Origin: a virus
Lineage: Duplodnaviria > Caudoviricetes
Reading direction: 5' to 3' (one strand)
DNA: 30,061 nucleotides
IMG/VR virus record: IMGVR_UViG_3300032226_000290
Location: 1-30,061 of that record
The notes beneath the pieces were generated by a model, which was not told the DNA's origin, ran no database searches, and saw only the letters and a list, made by a program, of their open reading frames with translations. Below are positions 10,401 through 16,257 of the stretch, in pieces. Numbering within the stretch: position 1 is the stretch's first letter; each line of letters begins with the position of its first letter. A program made the position numbers and the translations under genes.

Positions 10401-11183
10401 GCATTAGGTACAGACACAACAGGTGACTATGTTGCTTCAATGACAGCAGGTACAGGCATCACTGTAGGAACAGCGACCGGTGAAGGATCAACTCCTGTTA
10501 TTACTAACACAGGTGTTACTTCTGCTGTAGGCGGTACAGGTATTAGCGTATCTGCTGGCACAGGTGCTGTTACATTCACTAACACAGGTGTTACCTCTGC
10601 TGCCGCTGGCACAGGTGTTAGTGTATCTGCTGGTACAGGTGCTGTTACATTTAGTATTGGACAGGCAATTGGTACAGGTAACAGTCCAACATTTGCTGGT
10701 ATTACAGTACCAAGCATTACCAAGAATGGCAGCAACGGAGTAGGCGATATTGGTCAAACTGGCAACAGATTTGGCACAATGTATGGTACAGCAAGTTCAG
10801 CGTTATATGCTGACTTAGCAGAAAAGTACTTGCCGGATGCAGCATATGCTGTAGGCACCGTAGTTGTATTTGGTGGTGAAAAAGAAATCACAGTCAGCAA
10901 CCTCAAAATGGATACAAGAGTAGCAGGTGTTATTTCTGAGAATCCTGCGTTCAAAATGAATGACGAACTAGAAGGCGGCGTTCATGTTGCTCTAGTAGGC
11001 CGTGTTCCATGTCGAGTTGCAGGCAAGATCAAGAAAGGCGACATGCTGATTACTAGCGGAATTCCAGGAGTAGCGGTTGCTGCTGTTGGCGACATTAAGG
11101 TAGGATCTATGATAGGAAAAGCACTTGAGGACTATGACTCAGATCACATAGGCACAATTGAAGTAGCTGTAGGGAGAGCATAA
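1482..11183 (+). CDS. Giant multidomain tail fiber / virion structural protein with C-terminal intramolecular chaperone
   Basis: 3233 aa. N-terminus IDTGIVGNDGTGDSIRDSFRKVNENFRELY resembles T4 gp9/gp10; beta-helix-like segments; G/T/A-rich fiber repeats; C-terminal ADLAEKY...VAGVISENP...VALVGRVPCRV...GKALE resembles the Peptidase_G2-type autocleaving chaperone. Confidence 0.85.
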   Translation: MSRKVIDTGIVGNDGTGDSIRDSFRKVNENFRELYGALGLGSRLKFSTLEDAPVGGEGEDYYRGYENSVVAVNPSESGLIFKQLTAGTGVSLNFSNENQIVITNTRSSVANDPAPSLGGNLQAQSGSTQYRIQSLTTPITANEAANKGYTDTKIALGGVDALDPAAGNVPNSAFGTMTGPLILARNPEPEDDITFGGLIAATKNYVDNAGFASVANLYVATSGSDERVGVGSNTQGRALSFAYRTLEAALKKAEEIIKSSPPEIGPYRKVLTWTNPDNGVISNCSLTDIAVSPDNGAGFAGRVTLTIDTIRLVTGGYNFKVGEILRINKVGGAAVDAATVRILTVNSEPGTPNGPILTFQLLTGGKFDLALPETNFADRVVVGVANGSQFGTSAEFAVTYKVSTAIISSPGAGYSLVSVRVTPAITDVNAVAGFGFADVVGGSIAGITITDQGSRFTEFPDLVVTLPRFEIYTGGQRTDFTGDVTTDSAVARRGRDIREGLYLLGETSGALAQILSHQGELDTNGNELFDVDIKYGTFVNGEAISYGDVANTRQVAVFVESGIYYENLPLKVSQNVAVIGDEFRRTIIRPKKGMSSSPWAFQYFKRDRVIDGLNTSRNDLNAAREDTFGYHYLGNAGEPIYPEASINNKGFYRSAADLLALNKQFIQEEVIAWINKQIAEETAPFVDFEYNSDICKRDVGLLIDAMVFDLRYGSAPRTISAALKYKDATNASATLAVTTQLTQTIAAIRRLETVAQAVIRNLEIVNSEYLAPITGTLITYTEPQVIDTAYTAETGAGGTPVTVSAVTRGNQTTITTSPAHGLDSGEIVTFRNMTGLTQLNGNSYWITVASPTQFNIFTNSARTANVVSTTFDEYTASSGDCVPNGGVIGRLTDVIVDIIDTSSESFNTPLDNDQMDVFLMNDATILRAATVQGSGGFALVLDPEGQILAKSPYAQEGAVFSKSTGRHTFSGGMFVDGFAGNIKFKITNKISNTRLEVSQLKRFPQLPASFIVQDQVYRINYVRDFTYGTSGSTAIFVLDEVTPWPFDVFNYDENICSRDVDLIITGLGYDVVLNTNYHSRRAGQTYRDANAEVVIQDQLDLTIRAIDRAHDLATATLQAIAVSSEFNPSLAVVDQSKLNLRNIIRRGNTAAPVLSITNPTGLTSVFANAKTILLANTDFLKQLSSGYITTTYPALTSFSVPDGQKIFERIIESVVYDVVYGGDSETRKVAFGFFNGVGGPPELAAVLALQILDEQALAYEDAIGTLKNAAKQVIVNTTVSPFYGATAGQNLFPGSPSDGTVVAVLETLFSIVTNALLQYRTNGGVGSPTTATKLAAGVAAANLAASTYPTIVSGGAGRRYDTTRISARTALESAKATIQTNVIQFVNDNANVYEVLMPGNRSMLSNDFTQINDMGYGLIAANGGLTECVSMFTYYCYTSYYSVTGGQIRGVGGSSAHGVYALAAEGSDPLEVPTAVDLYYELAQGAVVYNDSGAYDNEVGGFIIYVTDYTYPPRDQSEIEIDHGGVTGLVRYPVVSAVTESDFPSDSTGQKLYRLNLNSDTDGFVAVVPNGTRVTLRTNNEIVLTGGVVGVAVRPSTALKLNELFDSQLYRVLEFADYFPPINEAVVCTFITGTETLVQTSVAHGQQPGYAIRFATSGSLPTGISAGDTYYLLDDGFTATTFRFSSSKNGQPLETTSAGAGSHYFEATKLAATSLKDGYNYAELTLWPRQEFVPVAAPSNPGGPRLIVSALEIISGYSYYIVALGTTTWMDLGAGAETVGTVFTASGPATNTTGTAVVNSARCTFDHTTDKINKTTHGFNNGDVIRFETSGIMPAGVFSSRQYIVRDAAASPDEFKLASYPGGPAIEFSDNGTGIFAVGKVLGRVGDSVLSVVELGPIDAARIVGSKLTFKGRDYSITQYNDADITGEPYGEIYLNTPLEDSAIVYDSPITLFAGVAARTEDSQGTLTIRISLTRVTGHDLLEIGTGSYADTNYPNEIYGSPVRIATETLLDTTGEVEYSQVVERGEGRCFFVTTDQFGNFSVGPFFRVDQGTGTVTFSASLALSNLSGLGFKRGVPVSEFSTDTTFSDNATDTVPTENATRGYIDRRLGVDHGGNNIDVARMIPPTTGGFMALSGQLAMKGSLNMDSYRIRNVADPVDQTDAVNRRSISFDAIIANSFPGQQVSAGMSIAFTGTGNEGRAVTVGGDLSVPGDNAITTGIDSTQNEWNIFIKDNIIDNANINSAAAIAQSKLSMVTASTRASAAGITQADRGLASFNSAEFTVTNGWAELKTNGIELGKFAQIATDTVLGRSAAGTGDVSAVAFSTIIDEGLAIKKSQYSSLGFLRRTGATTSSQDSDYGIVEAVSAYAGFTDVNANNRLVIRDSNGDIGVRDLYATRAFYVGTSASANKKLADTSVTATGGSINLYGFNGVLGVSIGDGSLTSDKVSSYRNNSHRFRLNDDSAFAPIQVSSIITPDITTGGVGTAGTLTGNWSMATTSNLTLGTGTINASAGTLQSITLTTGAVGTAGTITGAWSLNTTSKIVGQTGSEIDFSTGTIKSRTFTTGSNITTGNLTGNWTLTSGSKIDFTNGTLQTTTLTTGATATAGTITGNWTVAPGSKLDLGTTTLVTAGISTGAPGTNGTLEGNWSMLTTSNLTLGTGYIDARTGTLYTDTLTTGTAGTAGVITGNWSMDSTSNITWGTGYLDVRTGTLYADTLTTGLAATAGLVTGAWTVDTGSTFVASSIQSQANSATTTATSANTGSTIVLRDASGNFSAGAVTVTGLTIGSTSIAEYISDTLGAMVTGNTESGITVTYDDSDNTIDFDVGDFTITLTGDVTGTGTVTNLGNVSFVTTISADATVLGTDTTGQYAATVAVSGTGLSCTAPNAADGTAYTITSNATSLNTLSAVVARDGSGNFSAGTITATLSGNASTASAWATGRTITLTGDVTGTSAAFDGSGNLSFATTIAANSVALGTDTTGDYVASMTAGTGITVGTATGEGSTPVITNTGVTSAVGGTGISVSAGTGAVTFTNTGVTSAAAGTGVSVSAGTGAVTFSIGQAIGTGNSPTFAGITVPSITKNGSNGVGDIGQTGNRFGTMYGTASSALYADLAEKYLPDAAYAVGTVVVFGGEKEITVSNLKMDTRVAGVISENPAFKMNDELEGGVHVALVGRVPCRVAGKIKKGDMLITSGIPGVAVAAVGDIKVGSMIGKALEDYDSDHIGTIEVAVGRA
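8913..9701 (+). repeat. Seven tandem 35-43 aa repeats (TTG-x3-TAGTITGNW) in the fiber shaft
   Basis: ITTGGVGTAGTLTGNWS, LTTGAVGTAGTITGAWS, FTTGSNITTGNLTGNWT, LTTGATATAGTITGNWT, ISTGAPGTNGTLEGNWS, LTTGTAGTAGVITGNWS, LTTGLAATAGLVTGAWT. Confidence 0.9.
10503..10652 (+). repeat. 75-bp in-frame tandem duplication (2 copies)
   Basis: ACTAACACAGGTGTTAC... starts at 10503 and 10578; encodes TNTGVTSAVGGTGISVSAGTGAVTF and TNTGVTSAAAGTGVSVSAGTGAVTF. Confidence 0.9.
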
Positions 11184-12580
11184 TGTCTAGACAATCAATT
11201 ACACCCGGAAAGGCTCCTATTGTATGGAGCACAGTGGAAGATGCGTTTACTAAAATTAACGCAAACTTCACAGAGCTGTATGCCAGCATAGGAGATACAG
11301 GTAGTATAGTGTTTGATGCACTAGAAAGCGATCTTGTACCATTTGGTAATGATGTATACAGTTTAGGAGCTCCACAGAAAAGATGGGCCAATTTGTATCT
11401 TAGCGACACCTTAATGATTGGCGGTGCTGCCATTACCAACCAAGGATTAACTGTTAATTTGCCCAGTGGCACCACAGTTGACGGCAATTTAATCATTGAT
11501 CCTAATAAAACATTTTTTAAAGAAGTCACGGTAAACAACGAAACTTCTATTGTTGCCAATGACTTTAACGATAACATAAATCTTCAAAGCGGAACTGGCA
11601 TTAGGATTACAGCCAACTCTAGTGCAGACACAGTTATTTTTGACAACATTGGTGTTACCAGTCTTGTTGCAGGAACAGCAATGGCAGTTAGCGCAGCCAC
11701 TGGTGCAGTTACTATTAACAACACAGGTGTTACTGCAATCACTGCTGGGCTGGGAATGAGTAGAAATACTGCCACAGGCACCGTGACTATTGTCAACGAA
11801 GGCATTATTGATGTTGATGCAGGGGTCGGAATCAGTGTTGGCGCTAGGGATGCAATCACTGGAAAGGTAATTGTTACAAATACTGCTCCTGCAGGTAACA
11901 GTTATCGTATATTTGCCACAGCAGGTGAACCTAATTTAACTGCTCGAAGTACAGCTGATACTATAACACTAATCGAAGGTGCCGGTATAAACATTACTAA
12001 CACAGTAGCTTCAGGCGCACTTACAAATAGAATAACATTAGACAATACCGGAGTACTGAGTTTGATAGCAGGTAACGGTGTAACTCTAAGCGGTAGTACA
12101 GGCAATGTCACTATCAGTGTAGGCAGTGGAGATCTCCGAGGCAGTTTGTTTGCTGACGATTCTACAATGTTGGTTGACGGCACTAGTGGTAGGATTGTTG
12201 GGCCAGTGTTTGCCAATGTTACTGGTGATGTAACTGGCAATGTTACAGGTACACTAACGGGTAACAGCGCAGGAACACATACCGGAGCAGTGGTAGGTAA
12301 TGTCACAGGTAATGTAAACGGTAATCTAAATGGAGATATAACTGGCAGCGTGTTTTCGGACAATTCAACAAGGCTGATAGACGGTACCGAGGGAAAAATA
12401 GTTGGACCAGTTGATTCGGCCACTGTTGCAGCCAGCAGCTATATTCAAACTGCTGTGTATGTAGATCTTACAGCCATTGCCGCAGCATTGCCGACGCCTT
12501 CAAAAGGCATGATAGTATTTGACGATGGAACAAATCAATTTAGAGGCTACGATGGCTCTAGTTGGGTAGCATTAAATTAA
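11183..12580 (+). CDS. Tail fiber-like structural protein
   Basis: 465 aa. N-terminal AFTKINANFTELY; NTGVTxxxAGxG and GNVTG repeats; TAATG coupling to the upstream gene. Confidence 0.8.
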   Translation: MSRQSITPGKAPIVWSTVEDAFTKINANFTELYASIGDTGSIVFDALESDLVPFGNDVYSLGAPQKRWANLYLSDTLMIGGAAITNQGLTVNLPSGTTVDGNLIIDPNKTFFKEVTVNNETSIVANDFNDNINLQSGTGIRITANSSADTVIFDNIGVTSLVAGTAMAVSAATGAVTINNTGVTAITAGLGMSRNTATGTVTIVNEGIIDVDAGVGISVGARDAITGKVIVTNTAPAGNSYRIFATAGEPNLTARSTADTITLIEGAGINITNTVASGALTNRITLDNTGVLSLIAGNGVTLSGSTGNVTISVGSGDLRGSLFADDSTMLVDGTSGRIVGPVFANVTGDVTGNVTGTLTGNSAGTHTGAVVGNVTGNVNGNLNGDITGSVFSDNSTRLIDGTEGKIVGPVDSATVAASSYIQTAVYVDLTAIAAALPTPSKGMIVFDDGTNQFRGYDGSSWVALN

Positions 12581-12591
12581 TGGAGCGATAG

Positions 12592-15500
12592 ATGGCTAAA
12601 AGAATAATTAGAACTGGCACAACTGCTGACCCAACCGGTGACAGCCTTAAGAATGCCTTTACCAAGGTAAACGACAACTTCACCGAACTGTATAATGCTC
12701 TAGGCCTAGATGCTGACACATTAAATCTAGGTGCGTTTGAATTTTCGGGTAGTGTAATGACTACTACAGACAGTTCAGCTATTGTGATTGATCAAGCTGC
12801 TACCATAACCAGCAACTTGTCAGTGGGTGGAGACATTCTTCCGCAGACTGCCAACGGTGGCGATCTAGGTTCAAGCACACTGCCTTGGCGTAGCCTGTAT
12901 GTCAGCAACAACACAATTTATATTGGTGGCACAGCGGTAGGAGTAGATGCTAATGGTAGTTTAACCACAGGGGGCACCGTGGTTGGCAGCACTCCGGCTT
13001 GGAACAGCATCACAGGCAAGCCTACATTATTCAGCGGCAGTTATAATGACTTAACCGACAAGCCCGACCTTGCTGGTACTTATCAGTTTTTTGTAGCAGC
13101 AGATGATTCCACACAGAGATTAGTATCAACAGATGAAGTCATTAAGTTTGTAGGTGCTGGTGGTATTACTACATCTAGTGATGCAGAAGGCAACATTACT
13201 ATTACCGGATCAGGCGGTGGTGGTGGTTCAACTTTGGTCAACGGTGCTTACACAGTTAGTTTAGGATCAGATGGTACGCTAACTGCTCCAGGAAATATAA
13301 CTTCAAAAACGCTAACAGTATCTAATGGTAGTGCGGGATATGAAAGTCAGTTATTTGTAAATGACAATGCAAACAATAGAATATTATTTAGAAACTACAA
13401 TAACAGACAAGGTGTTGCCGGATACGATTATTCGTCATATAACAGTGGTATAGTTGTTGATGCAGGCTCTGATGGATATACCGTGGTTAGTGGAGGACAC
13501 AGTGGAAGTAGTAATAGTACCTCGTTTACTTTTGATTTTAGAACCCTAGCTAATGGTACTTCAGCTCAAAGGATGGGAGTATTGAGATTTGATAGTGGAA
13601 TAGATAACGGTCCAAGTTTATCAAATGCAGTATCAATGAAATATTTTCCTACCACTGATTCTGAATCAAATGGAACATATTATGAGTTTGCAACTACGGG
13701 ATTAAGATTCCTAGATGCTACAGTGCAGACAACAGCCTATACTGGTCCACAGACATTCTTAGATGGCGATGTAACCGGTTCAGTGTTTGCCGACGATTCA
13801 ACTCTGTTAGTAGATGGTGTTAGTGGTATTGTTCCTAATTCTGAACTTGCTAAATCTATCACACAGGTCATAGATAGTAATGCCACTGTTAATACCAGTG
13901 CAACTGTAACTACTAACAATAGCTATACTAATACCGTAGACTTTTCAACAGATGTAGATCCAGGAGTAGGATATGCTATAGCAGGTTGGTATCAACGCAA
14001 TTCCACTCAGATTGAATTTGCTCTGTTTGGTCCATCAGCATTTCAGACATATCTACTTGGATTAGCATTAGGTAGAACTGTAATTGTAACATATTCTACT
14101 GGCAGCGGCAATCAAACATTAACTAGAACACTGACCCAAACATTTTCAGCAACTGGTCAAGCAGATCCTGCTAACCCAACTTGGGGCAGAGTCAGTGGTA
14201 GAATTGATGCAACATTGCCAGCTGATCAAACAGGCATTGTCAGCATCAACTTCCCAGTATATTCGACCAGCACTAAAACTTGGACATTTGGTACTGGCGG
14301 TCTGCTATCATTAGGTGCCAGCCGTGGCGGAATATACGCCAATCAAACCACAGGTATGATTACCATTGGTGACAATATAGCCCCTGACGGTACTCCGTCG
14401 GCACCAAGCACTGTGATACAGATCGGTGGGGCTACCAACGCATTTGTAATCTCTGCTTATGGACCTCCAGCAGCGAATTGGACATTTGGTATGGATGGTG
14501 CATTGACCGTCCCCGGCGATATCAAGAGCAGTGGCAATATTAATATCGACATCAATCTCACAGACTCAACTCTAAGACGCTGGAGTTTTGGTGAAGATGG
14601 AAAACTTACATTCCCAGACGGTGCCAACTACGCTGGACAGACTGTTACAATGCCAACTACTAATAATGGTACTCCTAATAGTTTTGTTTGGGAATTCAGC
14701 GACAATAGTCTAGGCAGCGATAGAATAACACTAAACTGGAATCTTTTAGCATCAGACACCGCAGGTTTCTACATTGGTACTACACACAGTACTACCGGCA
14801 AGTATCTATTCCTCGATGGCACTGACCAGAGCCTGAGCTATACCGCCGGTGGTGGTATTTTCGGTGGTGGTAAACTAATATTTGGCTCATCTGCAGGCAA
14901 CAATGCCGGAGATTACAACGCCATAGAAATCAAAGCTACTAACGGTGATGTCTATCTAACTTCTACAGAAAGCGTGAAAATCACTGTTGATGCTGCAGAT
15001 AGTTCTGCGAGAATCTGGACATTTGATCCTACTGGTGAGTTAACAGTACCAGGACCAATTAGTGGATTAGGAAATAATAAACTAGAATTTACTGCTAATT
15101 CGGGGGCTGTGTTCTCGGGATCCAACGGCAATACTATTAGCATTTATGCCAACGACGGTGACATTGGTAGTAGTGCTGATATCAACATTTACACCAACAC
15201 TGCCGGCAGCTTGAACAGCTGGACCTTTGACACAGATGGTAGAACTAGATTTCCAACTGCCACAGCACCTGCTCACAGTTATGGAGCAGCCGGAGATGTT
15301 CCCGGTACGGTGGCGTTTGACGATTCGTACATTTATTATTGTACAACCAACTACAGTGGTTTAATGACTATTTTAAATGTATCAACCCAATCCGGCGGTG
15401 CTGCAAACGGTTATTTTTTCAACATTGCTAATGATGCCCTATCAGCAGTTAGAGTAGGTTGGACTATAACAGGGCCAAACATTTCGGGATCAGCAAATAT

Positions 15501-15645
15501 AACACAGATAACCTCCTCGGCTGCAGATGTATGGGAGTTCCAGACCGATGCCGGAGCAGTTAACTTACGAGGCCAATTTGGATACATATTACGCGGATAT
15601 CCCGATATTTGGAAGCGTGTGGCATTAGATGCTACAAGTTGGTAA
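12592..15645 (+). CDS. Mosaic tail fiber / putative receptor-binding protein
   Basis: 1017 aa. N-terminal GDSLKNAFTKVNDNFTELY; recurring WTFxxDGxLTxP linkers; C-terminal GDVPGTVAFDDSYIYYC...WKRVAL. Confidence 0.8.
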   Translation: MAKRIIRTGTTADPTGDSLKNAFTKVNDNFTELYNALGLDADTLNLGAFEFSGSVMTTTDSSAIVIDQAATITSNLSVGGDILPQTANGGDLGSSTLPWRSLYVSNNTIYIGGTAVGVDANGSLTTGGTVVGSTPAWNSITGKPTLFSGSYNDLTDKPDLAGTYQFFVAADDSTQRLVSTDEVIKFVGAGGITTSSDAEGNITITGSGGGGGSTLVNGAYTVSLGSDGTLTAPGNITSKTLTVSNGSAGYESQLFVNDNANNRILFRNYNNRQGVAGYDYSSYNSGIVVDAGSDGYTVVSGGHSGSSNSTSFTFDFRTLANGTSAQRMGVLRFDSGIDNGPSLSNAVSMKYFPTTDSESNGTYYEFATTGLRFLDATVQTTAYTGPQTFLDGDVTGSVFADDSTLLVDGVSGIVPNSELAKSITQVIDSNATVNTSATVTTNNSYTNTVDFSTDVDPGVGYAIAGWYQRNSTQIEFALFGPSAFQTYLLGLALGRTVIVTYSTGSGNQTLTRTLTQTFSATGQADPANPTWGRVSGRIDATLPADQTGIVSINFPVYSTSTKTWTFGTGGLLSLGASRGGIYANQTTGMITIGDNIAPDGTPSAPSTVIQIGGATNAFVISAYGPPAANWTFGMDGALTVPGDIKSSGNINIDINLTDSTLRRWSFGEDGKLTFPDGANYAGQTVTMPTTNNGTPNSFVWEFSDNSLGSDRITLNWNLLASDTAGFYIGTTHSTTGKYLFLDGTDQSLSYTAGGGIFGGGKLIFGSSAGNNAGDYNAIEIKATNGDVYLTSTESVKITVDAADSSARIWTFDPTGELTVPGPISGLGNNKLEFTANSGAVFSGSNGNTISIYANDGDIGSSADINIYTNTAGSLNSWTFDTDGRTRFPTATAPAHSYGAAGDVPGTVAFDDSYIYYCTTNYSGLMTILNVSTQSGGAANGYFFNIANDALSAVRVGWTITGPNISGSANITQITSSAADVWEFQTDAGAVNLRGQFGYILRGYPDIWKRVALDATSW

Positions 15646-15648
15646 CGG

Positions 15649-15654
15649 TAAATA
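15649..15654 (+). promoter_or_regulatory. Late-promoter-like TAAATA motif
   Basis: In the 27-bp gap before the ATG at 15673. Confidence 0.55.
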
Positions 15655-15672
15655 CTTAAAAGAGAGCGGAAC

Positions 15673-16251
15673 ATGGCAACTATACAAACAATCAACATTG
15701 GTAACATTGTAAACGACGGACAAGGCGACGATTTACGCACCGCGTTTCAAAAGGTAAATGCTAACTTTGCCACGCTAAACAACGATCTAACAATTACTGC
15801 CAGTAACTTGGGCACAGTTGGTGAAACTGTTTTCAAACAGAAAAGCGGTACAAATTTAGAATTCAGGAAACTAGTTGCTGGTAATAAGATCACAATTACA
15901 TCAAGTCCAGACAGTTTATTAATTTCTAGTACTGTTGGAAACACTTTTCAACGCATTACTACACAAAACGGTTTTGTTGATGCTAACACCAGTCAGTTTG
16001 TTACAATCCAAGGTGACCCCGATATTCAGGTCACGGCGGCAGCAGATGTTATCACAATTACCACTGTACAGGATCTAAATCAAATATTACAGGTTTTAGA
16101 TTTTGGTCCCCTAAACGGAGCATACACTAGTATCGTGCAAATGAATACTGCCGCATCAAACATAGACTTTGGCACATTTACCAATCCGGGATCTATTAAT
16201 TTCGATTCGGGCATCTTATCTCCCTTTGATGGCGGCTCACCTGTTCCGTAA
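15673..16251 (+). CDS. Baseplate/fiber-associated protein with gp10-like N-terminus
   Basis: 192 aa. QTINIGNIVNDGQGDDLRTAFQKVNANF resembles the T4 gp10 N-terminus as recalled (NINIGNVVDDGTGDYLR..KINENF). Confidence 0.75.
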   Translation: MATIQTINIGNIVNDGQGDDLRTAFQKVNANFATLNNDLTITASNLGTVGETVFKQKSGTNLEFRKLVAGNKITITSSPDSLLISSTVGNTFQRITTQNGFVDANTSQFVTIQGDPDIQVTAAADVITITTVQDLNQILQVLDFGPLNGAYTSIVQMNTAASNIDFGTFTNPGSINFDSGILSPFDGGSPVP

Positions 16252-16257
16252 TCACAT

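Noticed and set aside
8913-10652. Repeats considered as a CRISPR array or DGR template/variable pair
   Set aside because: In-frame coding repeats diverging mostly at synonymous sites; no spacer structure, no adenine-specific mismatch pattern, no reverse transcriptase in the window.
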